Positions 24,885 through 35,352 are shown, counted from the stretch's first letter. The stretch: 44,637 nucleotides of DNA from Candidatus Woesearchaeota archaeon (GCA_046704905.1 JBJKRA010000061.1:1-44637); one strand, 5' to 3'. Numbers and translations are program-made. The notes: a model not told the origin generated them from the letters alone.

Positions 24885-25922
24885 CTAGATGTGGCGCAGC
24901 ACCTGCTTGGTGAACTCCTTCTTGTCGCTGACGTCCTTGACCTTGTTGAAGAGTTCCGGAGACGTCTCCTCGAGCCACAGGAGGATGGCGTCGCGCTGTG
25001 AATCGAACGCCTTGCCGTCCAGCGCCATCAGCGCGTCCTCGAGCTCCGTGAGGTTAGTGATCTCCTTTCCGGCCAGCGTCAGCGCCGCCTTCTTCTTCTG
25101 CTTGCCCGCATTGGCGAACGCGGCAAGGCCTTGGGCGATCTCCGGCATGGCCTTCGCCGCATCCTCGGCGCCTTCCTGCTTCTCCGGCTCGAGCTGGAAA
25201 TCGCGCAGCGACTCTCCCGACTCGACGAAGGGGTTGAACTGGTTCGTGACGACCTCGTAGAGGCCGATGAACTTCTCCATGTTCTTCTCGAACTCCGAGA
25301 GCTTCTTCTCCAGGTTCTCGTTCTTCTCGCGGATCTCCCAGACGACCTTCTCCATGCTCTCGATCCTGGGCTCGAAGCTCTTGGTCTTGACGTTGAGGTT
25401 GTTCGTGATGTTGATGAGCTCCTTGATCTGCTGCAGGATCAGGTTCATCACGGTCCGCTGTTTCTTCGCCTCCTCGCTGTCCTGGACCCTCGAAGGCGCA
25501 GGGGCGGCAGGCGCGGCCATCGCCACGGGCGCAGCCGCCTGCATAGGGGCTGCGGACGCGCCGGGGGCCGCCGCCGTCTGGCGCCTGCTGAGCGCGAGCG
25601 CCTTCTCCGTGTCGCTCATGACCAGGAGCAGCTCGTCGATCAGCTTCTTGTTGGGGTTGGGGATCGGCCTGATGAGCTGGACGAGGAGGGCCTTGGTCGT
25701 CTTCATGACCTCGTCCTTGTTGACGAGGTTGGCGGGCATCGCGGCCGTCTGGCTGATGATCGTGAGCAGCTCGTCGATGAGCCTCTGGTTCGGCTGGGAG
25801 AGAGGGGAGACGAGGTCCTCGATCAGCATCCTCGCGCGGCGGACCAGGAGCTCGCGATGGTCCTCCGGATCCAGCAGTTCAGGGTCCAGCCGTTTTTTCT
25901 TGAACAGGTCGCCTATAGCCAC
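24885..25922 (-). CDS. coiled-coil protein with a FlaC-like NPF motif, an internal N-terminal duplication and an Ala/Pro linker
   Basis: 345 aa. The duplicated segment is VSPLSQPNQRLIDELLTIISQT / IRPIPNPNKKLIDELLLVMSDT. The linker is AAAPGASAAPMQAAAPVAMAAPAAPAP. The coiled coil ends in FIGLYEVVTNQFNPFV. The C-terminal domain, LTLAGKEITNLTELEDALMALDGKAFDSQRDAILLWLEE, resembles the N-terminus of the 18265 gene. The FlaC relationship comes from memory of the motif and has not been searched. Confidence 0.65.
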   Translation of the reverse strand: MAIGDLFKKKRLDPELLDPEDHRELLVRRARMLIEDLVSPLSQPNQRLIDELLTIISQTAAMPANLVNKDEVMKTTKALLVQLIRPIPNPNKKLIDELLLVMSDTEKALALSRRQTAAAPGASAAPMQAAAPVAMAAPAAPAPSRVQDSEEAKKQRTVMNLILQQIKELINITNNLNVKTKSFEPRIESMEKVVWEIREKNENLEKKLSEFEKNMEKFIGLYEVVTNQFNPFVESGESLRDFQLEPEKQEGAEDAAKAMPEIAQGLAAFANAGKQKKKAALTLAGKEITNLTELEDALMALDGKAFDSQRDAILLWLEETSPELFNKVKDVSDKKEFTKQVLRHI

Positions 25923-26115
25923 ATCTACCCCACAGGCGAAGCCTTGGAGAGGACATTTTATATACTTTGTTTACTACTGTTAAGTTATCTTAGCGTCGGT
26001 ATCGTTTTAAGCGCGAGAGTGAAACTTTATAAACCGCAGGCGCTGCCTCCTCTACGGCGCGCGGTGATTAGGTGAACACCCTTCGAGCCAACGCTGTGAG
26101 AAGCGGAAGTAACTC

Positions 26116-27180
26116 ATGAGCGCGCCTTTCTTTTCACCGGGTGAACAGGATATGCAGGGGATGAGTGTCGCAAAGACGGACGCGGAAAGGACCAAACGGC
26201 TGCTCATGGAGAAGAAATTGCTGGCGTTCTCCCATCTGCCGCTGGTGACGGCCGACCGCGTCGTCTTCCCGTTGCTTGCTGCGCCTTCCGATGGCTTTCC
26301 TCCCCACGAGATCGTCCCGTTCTCAGGGAAAGGCAAAGAGCGTAAGACCCTACAGGAAGAGTTCGACGCCCTGCTGACGCCTGATGAGCGTCATATCCTC
26401 AAGACCTCGTTCGATGTCATCGGCTCGATCGCGATCCTCGAGATGGATGAGGGGCTTTTGCACAAGGAAAAGCAGATCGCGCAAGTAATACTGGATCATC
26501 ATAAGAACATCACGACCGTCCTCAAGAAAGCAGGTATCCATGACGGGGTCTTTCGCGCGCAGCCCATGGCCTTCCTGGCAGGGGTAGACACCAGGGAGAC
26601 CGTCCACAAGGAGAACGGCGTCCGCCTGAAGCTGGACGTGGAGAAGGTCTACTTCTCTCCCCGGCTGTCTACCGAGCGGGAGCGCATCCTCGCGCAGATA
26701 AGGGACGGGGAAAAGATCCTCTGCCTCTTCTCCGGCTGCGGTCCCTACCCGATCACCTTCGCCAAGCACAAGGCGGGCCTGTCGATAGTCTCCATCGAGA
26801 TTAACCCTTTGGGGATAACCTATCAGAAAGAGAACGTGAAGCTCAACCGCATCAGACAGGGTGTTATAGAGGTTATCGAAGGGGATGTGAAAAAGGTTCT
26901 TACGCCTGTCAAAGGTACATTCGACCGCATCGCCATGCCCCTTCCCAAGGACGCTGAGGATTTTCTGGTCGATGCTTTGCCAAAGGCGCATGCGGGAACA
27001 GTCGTCCATCTCTACGATTTCGTCCATGAGGAGAAACTCGAAGAGAAGAAGAAGCAGGTGCTCGAGAAAGTCCGCTCCCTTGGCTACGAGGGATCGTTCG
27101 ATACGGTCGTGAAATGCGGCCAGTACGCGCCCCGCGAGCACAGGATCTGCTACGATATCCGTATAACGAAAACACCATGA
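26116..27180 (+). CDS. trm5: tRNA (guanine37-N1)-methyltransferase Trm5/Taw2 family (Met-10+ like)
   Basis: 354-aa ORF. Motifs are GVRLKLDVEKVYFSPRLSTERERI and the SAM motif LCLFSGCGPYPITFAK. ATG 26161 (MSVAKTDAERTKRLL) is a plausible alternative start. Confidence 0.85.
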   Translation: MSAPFFSPGEQDMQGMSVAKTDAERTKRLLMEKKLLAFSHLPLVTADRVVFPLLAAPSDGFPPHEIVPFSGKGKERKTLQEEFDALLTPDERHILKTSFDVIGSIAILEMDEGLLHKEKQIAQVILDHHKNITTVLKKAGIHDGVFRAQPMAFLAGVDTRETVHKENGVRLKLDVEKVYFSPRLSTERERILAQIRDGEKILCLFSGCGPYPITFAKHKAGLSIVSIEINPLGITYQKENVKLNRIRQGVIEVIEGDVKKVLTPVKGTFDRIAMPLPKDAEDFLVDALPKAHAGTVVHLYDFVHEEKLEEKKKQVLEKVRSLGYEGSFDTVVKCGQYAPREHRICYDIRITKTP

Positions 27181-27875
27181 GAGCCCCCTACGGAAAACGG
27201 TACCGGAAGCCCGACGACGAGAAGAAGGACCTCTCCCTGGTGCTTTCTAAGGTGAAACGCGAGGTGCGCGACTATCAGGTACCGGTCGTGACCATGATCG
27301 CGACGAACAAGGGCGACCCGTTCAAGGTGCTTATCGCCACCGTTTTGAGTTTACGTACGCGCGACGAGACGACGCTCGCCGCATCCGACCGGCTGTTCTC
27401 TGCAGCCGATACCCCCTCCGGCATAAAGGCCCTCGGTGAGAAGAAGGTCGCAAAGCTCATCTACCCGGTCGGCTTCTACCCGACCAAGGCCAAGAACATC
27501 ATCAGGATCTGTTCGATCCTGCTCGAACAGTACGGCGGGAAGGTGCCCCGGACGATGGCAGAACTGTTGGCACTCCCGAACGTGGGCCGAAAGACCGCGA
27601 ACCTGGTGCTGACATTGGGCTACGGCATCGTCGACGGGATCGCTGTCGATACCCACTGCCACCGCATCCCGAACAGGATGGGGTTCATCCAGACCAAGGC
27701 CCCTGACCAGACCGAAAAGGTTTTAATGGAGCTCCTGCCGAAAAAGGCGTGGGGGACGTTCAACGACGCGTTCGTCGCGTTCGGGCAAGGGCGATGCAAG
27801 CCCATAGGCCCCCGGTGCGAGGGCTGCCCGGTGCGGGAATGGTGCGATTACGGCACGGAGAGGAATGCGCAATGA
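27177..27875 (+). CDS. nth: endonuclease III (DNA glycosylase/AP lyase)
   Basis: 232 aa from ATG 27177, in an ATGA overlap with trm5. The HhH motif is LLALPNVGRKTANLVL. The 4Fe-4S cluster motif is CKPIGPRCEGCPVREWC (C-x6-C-x2-C-x5-C). Confidence 0.92.
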   Translation: MRAPYGKRYRKPDDEKKDLSLVLSKVKREVRDYQVPVVTMIATNKGDPFKVLIATVLSLRTRDETTLAASDRLFSAADTPSGIKALGEKKVAKLIYPVGFYPTKAKNIIRICSILLEQYGGKVPRTMAELLALPNVGRKTANLVLTLGYGIVDGIAVDTHCHRIPNRMGFIQTKAPDQTEKVLMELLPKKAWGTFNDAFVAFGQGRCKPIGPRCEGCPVREWCDYGTERNAQ

Positions 27876-28705
27876 CGGAGCTTTACGAGGAGATATACAA
27901 GGGGGGTTTCAGTTTCGGCAAGAACTGGCAGGAATTCCTCGAGAAGCTCACCGATGAACGTATAGATCAGGCGAAGGAATCGCTCAAGGATTTTCTCAAA
28001 ACGGATTCCCTCAAAGGGAAGAGCTTCGTAGATATAGGATCAGGGAGCGGTCTTTTCTCTCTTGCAGCCTACCTGCTTGATGCGGGAAAAGTGGTAAGCG
28101 TCGACATAGACGATAACTCCCTGGCCTGCACTGAAGAGCTGAAGAGAAGGTACGCGAAGGATAGTGGAAGATGGGAGATAAAGAAAGGATCTGCGTTGGA
28201 TAAGGGGTTTATCGCAGGCCTAGGGAAATTCGACATTGTCTATTCCTGGGGAGTGCTCCATCACACAGGCGACATGTGGAACGCCATCAGAAATGTGAAC
28301 GGTATGGTCAAGAAGGACGGAAGATTCTACCTTGCCATCTACAATGACTTCAATGGGCTTCCCTTCTCGAGCGCCACATGGAGGAGGATAAAGAGATATT
28401 ATGGACATGCGGGAACGGTCCAAAAGAAGGTCATGGGATCGATGTACTCCGCGGTGCTCATCGCTGGCATGGTAGCCTATGGCAAGAATCCGATAAAATA
28501 CATCCGGGAATACCACAAGCATGCCAGACGCGGGATGAGCTTCTCGACGGACGTGACGGATTGGCTCGGAGGATACCCCTACGAGTACTCGAGCGCGGAG
28601 AAGATGGTCGATTTTCAGGAAAGGCAGGGCTTCGCTCTCAAGAACGTCAAAAGGACAAAGCGCGATGGATGCAACGAGTTCCTGTTCGTGAGGGTGAAGA
28701 AATAG
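27872..28705 (+). CDS. class I SAM-dependent methyltransferase
   Basis: 277 aa from ATG 27872, in an ATGA overlap with nth. SAM motif I is FVDIGSGSGLFSLAAYL. It is the first gene of the lower-G+C block. Confidence 0.85.
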   Translation: MTELYEEIYKGGFSFGKNWQEFLEKLTDERIDQAKESLKDFLKTDSLKGKSFVDIGSGSGLFSLAAYLLDAGKVVSVDIDDNSLACTEELKRRYAKDSGRWEIKKGSALDKGFIAGLGKFDIVYSWGVLHHTGDMWNAIRNVNGMVKKDGRFYLAIYNDFNGLPFSSATWRRIKRYYGHAGTVQKKVMGSMYSAVLIAGMVAYGKNPIKYIREYHKHARRGMSFSTDVTDWLGGYPYEYSSAEKMVDFQERQGFALKNVKRTKRDGCNEFLFVRVKK

Positions 28706-30560
28706 ATGTGCGGCATACTCGGATTCAATTGGACAGATAGAGCCCTTGCACAGAAGATAGGGAACACGCTTGCGCATCGTGGTCCCGATCAGGAGGGTTA
28801 CTATGTCGATAAGCTGCTTACCCTCGGCCAGAGAAGGCTGAGCATCCTCGATTTATCGGAGAACGGGCGCCAGCCCATGTGGGACGAGAAAGGAGAGATT
28901 GGGATAATCTTCAACGGCGAGATATTCAATTTTCAGGAGATCAAGGACGACCTAGTCAGGAAAGGCTACAGGTTCAGATCGACGTCGGACACCGAAGTCA
29001 TCATCTACGGCTACAGGGAATACGGGACTAAGATTCTCGAGAGACTCAATGGCCAGTTCGCATTCTGTATTTATGATAAGAGAGAGAGAAAACTGTTTCT
29101 GGCGCGCGATCGGATAGGGATAAACCCCCTCTACTACTACTTGAAGGAGGATAGGTTCATCTTCGGTTCCGAGATGAAGGTCATTATGGAGGCTGGCGTC
29201 GAAAAAGAAATCGACGAGTTCTCGCTCAACCATTACTTCATGTATGGTCATACGCCGAGGAAGCGGACGATCCTTAAGGACATTTACAAGCTCGAGCCCG
29301 GGCACTACTTCATATTCGATCTCGAAAAAAAGAAAATAAAGGACTACCGGAGATACTGGAGCTTTACATTCAAGGACGATATCAAGGATGAAGAGACCGC
29401 AAAGAGGCTCATCCTGGACCAGCTCGAAAAATCGGTAAAGTCGAGAATGATCTCTGATGTACCGGTAGGAGCCTTCCTTTCGGGCGGTGTCGACAGCTCG
29501 GCCGTCGTCGCTATGATGAGCAGATACACGAAAAATCTCAACACCTTCTCTATCAAGTTCGACTACGACGATTTCGACGAGAGCGAATACGCGGAGATGG
29601 TATCAAAGAGATTCAAGACAAGGCATCATGTCATAGAATTCACGGCAGAAGACGTGAGAGAGCTCATCCCTAAACTAGCCTACCATTATGACGAGCCCTT
29701 CGGCGACTCATCCATGATCGCGACGTATCTTGTCTCGAAGGTCGCGAGACAGCATGTTACGGTCTCCCTGTCAGGGGATGGCGGCGACGAGCTCTTCGGC
29801 GGATACCAGACCTACAAGAATTACCGGATGCTCAATTACGCGAAACTCGTGCCGAGGTGGCTGAGCAGACTCGCGTATAACGTCCTCAACATCTTCCCGT
29901 TAGAGGCCCTTACCCTTCCGAAGGCCTTCTTCGAGATTGCTTCCCTGAAAAGAGAGCTGCAGTACGCGAAAATAATGAGCTACCTGAGCGAGAAGGAGTT
30001 CAGGGCGATAACAGGCAAGGATCCGGAACCATACTACACGGATTACGCAGAATCCTACAGGCGTGACGCTTTTCTCAACGAGGCGATCGGATCGGACATA
30101 CAGAATTATCTTCCGGACGATATCCTGACCAAGGTTGGACAGGGCATCGCTGGGCAACAGCCTCGAATCAAGGCCCCCTATACTCGACCATGAGATGGTA
30201 GAGCTGGCGGCCAGGATAGAGCCGGGCCTGAAACTAAAGGGTAACGAGGGAAAGTATATTTTCAAACGGGCTTTGGAAGGTATCCTTCCAAAGCAGATAC
30301 TGTATCGCAAGAAGCAGGGCTTCGGCGTCCCCCTAAAGCACTACTTCAGGAACGAATTACGGAGCATGGTAGAGAAGCACGTCCTCGACTACAAGGGGCA
30401 CGGTTACATCAGGGAGGAAATCCTGGCTGAGATCAGGAAGAATCTCGACAAGAGCCATTGGGAGAAGGACTATTCGAGGATCATATGGAGCATAATGACG
30501 TTCAATATGTGGTACGAGAGATGGTTTCTCGGGAAGGAGATAGATGGGAAAACAGCCTGA
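28706..30560 (+). pseudogene. asnB: asparagine synthase (glutamine-hydrolysing)-like amidotransferase, split by a 1-nt insertion
   Basis: The N-terminus has the Ntn nucleophile (MCGILGF) and the PP-loop motif FLSGGVDSS. The frame breaks at AAGGTTGGACAGG (G at 30137/30138): frame 1 reads LTKVGQGIAG... and stops at 30193, whereas the +1 frame reads (L)DRASLGNSLESRPPILDHEMVE... through to 30560, which is the conserved AsnB C-terminus. Confidence 0.85.
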
Positions 30561-31383
30561 GATTTCTGTCCTTATGTCCGTCTACAATGAGACGGAGACG
30601 GATCTGAAGCAAGCGATAGAGAGCATCTTAGAGCAGTCGTTCGAGGATTTCGAGTTCATTATCGTGCTGGACAATCCGTCGAGCGATATGTTAGAAAGGA
30701 TTATCAGACAGTACCAGAAGAAGGACAAAAGAATCACCTTCATAAAGAACAACAAAAACAGAGGGCTGGCCGCTTCGTTGAACAGAGGATTGGCCGTAGC
30801 AAAGGGCAGGTATATCGCGCGGATGGACGCGGATGATATCGCTGTGAAGGAACGTTTTGAGAAGCAGTATGCATACATGAAGAGTCATCCCGAGATTGAT
30901 TTTCTGTTCAGCTGGAGCCATTTCAGCGACGAGTCTGGAAAAATGCTCCCCGAAAGGATCTTACCGAAAGACATCAATACTAAAGGCATCTTCGAGAAGC
31001 GAAACTATTTCATCCACCCGACACTCATGGCAAAGCGAGAAGTTCTGACGAAGGAAAGGTACGATGAGAGATTTCTCCGGTCGCAGGATTTCGAGTTGTG
31101 GATGAGGACGCTTCCAAAATACCGTTTTTGGGTTATGCGAGAAAAGTTATTGCATCATAAAATCCCCAACAGTGCTGATTACAAAGGCAGAACAAGAAAA
31201 ATGAAGATTATGACATCCTGGGCTATGAAGGGTCTTAACAAGAATATGCGTCTTTATAGGACAAGCCTTTCATATTGGGGATTCTATGCAAAAACACTCA
31301 CACTCTTTGTAGCCGTAAGACTGCCGGCGAGTGTCCTTAAAATTATACTTCTCATAAACAGAGTTGATAGAAAAAAGGCGTGA
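30544..31383 (+). CDS. glycosyltransferase family 2
   Basis: 279 aa. Motifs are ISVLMSVYNETE, FIIVLDNPSS, and the DxD motif in RMDADD. Confidence 0.9.
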   Translation: MGKQPEISVLMSVYNETETDLKQAIESILEQSFEDFEFIIVLDNPSSDMLERIIRQYQKKDKRITFIKNNKNRGLAASLNRGLAVAKGRYIARMDADDIAVKERFEKQYAYMKSHPEIDFLFSWSHFSDESGKMLPERILPKDINTKGIFEKRNYFIHPTLMAKREVLTKERYDERFLRSQDFELWMRTLPKYRFWVMREKLLHHKIPNSADYKGRTRKMKIMTSWAMKGLNKNMRLYRTSLSYWGFYAKTLTLFVAVRLPASVLKIILLINRVDRKKA

Positions 31384-31438
31384 GAATGGGATAAGGTGGG
31401 AGTTAGATGCTGATATCAAAAATGGAAAAGAAACGACC

Positions 31439-32371
31439 ATGGCAAGAATAAAAGAGAGGAAGATAAAGTACTCGAAAGAGGATATCCAAAAGATAGTGCT
31501 CGTGGTAAATGAAATCCATCATAATTATATGGACACGTATCATGCTACTAATAGTATAATGCACGGCTCCGAAAGGGAGAACTGGAAAAGCGAGCTGACA
31601 AAACATAATTTTAAAGGAAAATCTATCTTAGAGATAGGGACAGGAACAGGATTTCTCCCGTTGCTTTTTATAGAGCTGCATATCCCATTTAAGAGATACA
31701 CCTGTACAGATATCAGCAACGGGATACTAGAGCAGGCGAAAACAAAAATCGGGAAAGCGCAAGATACAGGGCATAGATTCTCATACGTAAAGCTCAATGA
31801 CAAACGTTTGCCATTCACTAAGCGGTCGTACGATTTCATAATCATGAATTCGGTGCTACATCATCTTCCGGATATCGATTTTTTCTTCTCAGAAGCATTT
31901 AATATCTTAAAAGAGGGGGGTATACTGATTATCGGTCATGAACCAAACTTATCCTTCCATCAAAATTTATTCTTACAAACAAATTATAAATTCATAGGTG
32001 GTGTATTCAGCATATTGGGGGAGGTAAAAAATCTATTGTATGGGAAGGAGGAAAAACCGAGATGGATTGAGGAGACAAATAAAGAACTGAAGAGGAAAGG
32101 CCTTATAACAGCCAACCTTTCGAGGGATGAACTAGGAGGATTCATCGATTTCCACGCCACTAAGGGAATAAACCCTAAAAAATTCCCAAGGGGAAGATTT
32201 GCCTTGACAAGCCTCAAAACGTATAACTATCTCGCGACGCTGAATTTCGCGTATAGATCGAAGGCCTGGACATACATAACAAAACTGTACGATTGGATAT
32301 TTTCGGCAGTGCTCAAGGAGAATGGCGGAATGTACTTCGCCGTATACAAAAAAATAGCGGAAAAACAATGA
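31439..32371 (+). CDS. class I SAM-dependent methyltransferase
   Basis: 310 aa from ATG 31439; the ORF opens at TTG 31364. Motifs are SILEIGTGTGFLPLLF and FIIMNSVLHHL. Confidence 0.8.
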   Translation: MARIKERKIKYSKEDIQKIVLVVNEIHHNYMDTYHATNSIMHGSERENWKSELTKHNFKGKSILEIGTGTGFLPLLFIELHIPFKRYTCTDISNGILEQAKTKIGKAQDTGHRFSYVKLNDKRLPFTKRSYDFIIMNSVLHHLPDIDFFFSEAFNILKEGGILIIGHEPNLSFHQNLFLQTNYKFIGGVFSILGEVKNLLYGKEEKPRWIEETNKELKRKGLITANLSRDELGGFIDFHATKGINPKKFPRGRFALTSLKTYNYLATLNFAYRSKAWTYITKLYDWIFSAVLKENGGMYFAVYKKIAEKQ

Positions 32372-33555
32372 GAAAACAGCTGACCATTATGGGCACCGTC
32401 TGGGATTTTTGGCCGGTCTTGAAAGTTTACGACAAGAACTTTGAGTCAAAATATATCTCATTCTACGAGCCTTGGTTGAAAGATGAGGTAGGAAAAGAAA
32501 AGATCATCAAGTTCAGCGAGAAGAAGAAAAGCATATTTTTATGGCCATTCAAAATAATAGGGAGAACGATAAGGATATTCAGCGTGATAAGGAGATTCGA
32601 GCCTGATTTAGTTATATCACACCATGACGCGACGACCATCAGCATATTGCCTACTCTGTTCATCACAAAGTACATATTACGAAAAAGAAATAGATTCATT
32701 GCTTATGTACATGCAGGAATCGAAAGCTACAATTCCAAGACGCTTTTTTCGGCAATAAGCAACCTCATAATACGGTTGTTGTATCCATCCCTGGACATGG
32801 TAATCACGGTCTCGGAAGGTAACAAAAAGGCCTTAGAGGAACGATTTGCGCTCAAAAACGTTAAGGTAATCTATAATCCCGTTGATCTCACAAAGATAGA
32901 GGAGCTCTCACATGAAAAAAATCTTGATGAGAGATTCAAAAGCAGGGGAGGAAGAACATTCCTAACGATAGGGAGATTGACAGAACAAAAAGGGCAGTGG
33001 TATCTGATAAGAGCATTTAAGGAGGTTACAGACCGCTATCCAGACGCTATACTTTATGTGATAGGAGAAGGAGAGTTGAAAAAGGAACTCGAGAATTTCA
33101 TAATAAAGCTAGGCCTTAAAGAGAACGTCATTTTACTAGGAAGAAAAGGAAATGTATACTCATACCTAAAAGGTTCCGATTTTTTCGTATTGACCTCGCT
33201 ATGGGAAAGCTTCGGGCAAGTTCTAGTTGAAGCTCTCGCATTGAACAAACCGGTCATAGCGACTGATTGCAAATTCGGGCCAAGGGAGGTATTATCCCCT
33301 TCTTTGGAAATTAAAGAAAAAATCAAATACCCCTTTTACGGAGAATACGGTATACTTACTGAGCCCTTCAAGAGAGAGATTATTTTCAAGAGCAAAGCAG
33401 AACTGCCGCTAAACAAACAAGAGAAAGCTTTGTCAGAGTTGCTCGTGGCATGCATTAACAAGAGCAAGATAAGAGAGAGATATAGTGTAGGTCTGCAAAG
33501 GGCAAGAGAATTCGATATAGGTATGATGGAGGAAAAGATCGCTGATCTGCTCTGA
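32368..33555 (+). CDS. glycosyltransferase family 4
   Basis: 395 aa from ATG 32368, in an ATGA overlap. The motif is LTSLWESFGQVLVEALALNKPVIATDCKFGPREVL. Confidence 0.88.
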   Translation: MRKQLTIMGTVWDFWPVLKVYDKNFESKYISFYEPWLKDEVGKEKIIKFSEKKKSIFLWPFKIIGRTIRIFSVIRRFEPDLVISHHDATTISILPTLFITKYILRKRNRFIAYVHAGIESYNSKTLFSAISNLIIRLLYPSLDMVITVSEGNKKALEERFALKNVKVIYNPVDLTKIEELSHEKNLDERFKSRGGRTFLTIGRLTEQKGQWYLIRAFKEVTDRYPDAILYVIGEGELKKELENFIIKLGLKENVILLGRKGNVYSYLKGSDFFVLTSLWESFGQVLVEALALNKPVIATDCKFGPREVLSPSLEIKEKIKYPFYGEYGILTEPFKREIIFKSKAELPLNKQEKALSELLVACINKSKIRERYSVGLQRAREFDIGMMEEKIADLL

Positions 33556-33559
33556 TAAA

Positions 33560-34282
33560 ATGGAAACTGAAATGGCACTAAAAGGGCTGCATAAGAAAGT
33601 CGAAGATTACATTGCGGCACAAAAACTCCAAAAGGAAGCAAAGATATTGATATTGGGAGCTGGGGAAGGAGCATTCGAAAGAAGACTCCTGAAGGGAGGC
33701 TACAAAAATATTGTATCTGTTGATTTATATAGCCGCTTCAAGTTGAAAGACCGCGTTAGGTTCATAAAGGCTGACCTCAATGAGAACACCTTTTCAGAGA
33801 GGATAAACGCGACGTTCGATCTTATCGTATGCATAGAGATTATAGAGCATATCTACTCGATCGACAACTTCCTTAAAAATATAAAGAAGCTTTTGAAAGA
33901 GGATGGTAGATGTATAATCACCACTCCGAACGTCCATGCTTTCCTTTCAAGAGTAAATTGCCTTCTCGTAGGAAGCCCGACATTCTTCATAGGGATGCCG
34001 GAAAAAGGAGGGCATGTTATGCCTGTCTATCACAATATACTCTTACATTTTCTCGAGGAGAATCGCCTGGAGCTCGTAAAGAAAGACTATTATGGAACGA
34101 TGTATACATACTTTAGGTCCTACGAGAAAAAGAGCTTCAAGAGCAAACTCTATCTTACAGTCTTGTTTCTGCTTTATTACACATTGAACCCTCTTATGGT
34201 CCTTAACAGAAAGGGATCAGGAAAAATGGTGGGAATAAACGTGATAAGGAAAAAGGCTTATAGCAAAGGCCGCTCAACGTGA
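33560..34282 (+). CDS. class I SAM-dependent methyltransferase
   Basis: 240 aa. Motifs are KILILGAGEGAFERRLL and DLIVCIEIIEHI. Confidence 0.8.
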   Translation: METEMALKGLHKKVEDYIAAQKLQKEAKILILGAGEGAFERRLLKGGYKNIVSVDLYSRFKLKDRVRFIKADLNENTFSERINATFDLIVCIEIIEHIYSIDNFLKNIKKLLKEDGRCIITTPNVHAFLSRVNCLLVGSPTFFIGMPEKGGHVMPVYHNILLHFLEENRLELVKKDYYGTMYTYFRSYEKKSFKSKLYLTVLFLLYYTLNPLMVLNRKGSGKMVGINVIRKKAYSKGRST

Positions 34283-35323
34283 GGATGAGAAGCGCAGGAA
34301 TTCCTCAGCCTTCCCCTTCATAAGCCTTTTGTTCCTGCACCAATGGGTCGACCTCACAATTTTGCGGCTTTTTTCTCCCATCCTTGTCCTAAGGTCTCTA
34401 TTTGAAAGACGCTTCAGCCTGTCTAACAGAGCATCGGCATCGCCAGAATCGATGATAAAGCCATTTTCTCCTTCCTTAATATAGCTAGAGGCTCCAACAT
34501 TTCTAGTAGTTATTATTGGGAGCGAGTGTGCCATAGCTTCCAGAACGACAGCACCGATAGGATCGATCTTTGAGGGAAGGACAAACACATTGTGTGATAG
34601 ATATATACCATCAAGCTTATCATGAGCGACAGCGCCATAGTACACAAGCCTGTCGCCTAGCAGATTCTGCCATTTTTCTAAATCAAAACCAAGGAGTCTC
34701 CCGCAAAGCCCTATTTGAAAATTCAAATTGGAGTCACGGCTAAGGGTTTCTAAAAGGAAAGTAACATTTTTTTTCCAGTCTCCGATACTGCCAACATAGA
34801 GGATTTTAAGTTTTTCCATGTTTAACGTTTTATTCGCAAACAGCGGACTATCGTAGAGCTGGGGGAAGTACAACACCTTTTTGGAAATAGCGGTAAACGT
34901 TTGGTATGATTGCTTTGTAGGGACAAGGAACTTCTTTCGACGAAAAAATGATGAAAATATGTAGAAAAAAAGCTTTCGCCATAAGCTGCGGCGAAGATGA
35001 AAATACTCGCTGTAATAGACTATGCGTCTGTCCATATGTGTCCAACAGAGGGAATTAGTGAAAATATCTCCCAGGATAATGGTACCGCCTGCCATGAGCA
35101 CTTTCTTGAGCGGAACGGGCGAGCGATATATATTGAAGAAGCTGTTCATGACCTTGAAAGACTTTTGCGCGACAAAGGATCCATGCTTCCCGAAATTTAC
35201 ATCCATATAATGATTATCGTACATCTCGAGATCGAAGTACTTGTCGAAAAGATACAGCCATCCCTGATAGACGTAATGGGACAGGGGATTGATCCAGACC
35301 AGCTTTTTACGGCCTTTGGGCAT
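34274..35323 (-). CDS. glycosyltransferase family 4
   Basis: 349 aa from ATG 35323 (MPKGRKKLVWINP). The motif is LPSKIDPIGAVVLEAMAHSLPIITTRNVGASSYIKEGENGFII. It is the only minus-strand gene in the island. Confidence 0.85.
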   Translation of the reverse strand: MPKGRKKLVWINPLSHYVYQGWLYLFDKYFDLEMYDNHYMDVNFGKHGSFVAQKSFKVMNSFFNIYRSPVPLKKVLMAGGTIILGDIFTNSLCWTHMDRRIVYYSEYFHLRRSLWRKLFFYIFSSFFRRKKFLVPTKQSYQTFTAISKKVLYFPQLYDSPLFANKTLNMEKLKILYVGSIGDWKKNVTFLLETLSRDSNLNFQIGLCGRLLGFDLEKWQNLLGDRLVYYGAVAHDKLDGIYLSHNVFVLPSKIDPIGAVVLEAMAHSLPIITTRNVGASSYIKEGENGFIIDSGDADALLDRLKRLSNRDLRTRMGEKSRKIVRSTHWCRNKRLMKGKAEEFLRFSSSR

Positions 35324-35344
35324 GGATACTGTCGGGCAAGAAGC

Positions 35345-35352
35345 TTTATAAA
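35345..35352. promoter_or_regulatory. palindromic TATA box TTTATAAA in a 52-bp divergent intergenic region
   Basis: It lies 24 nt from the plus-strand ATG at 35376 and 22 nt from the minus-strand ATG at 35323. Confidence 0.45.
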
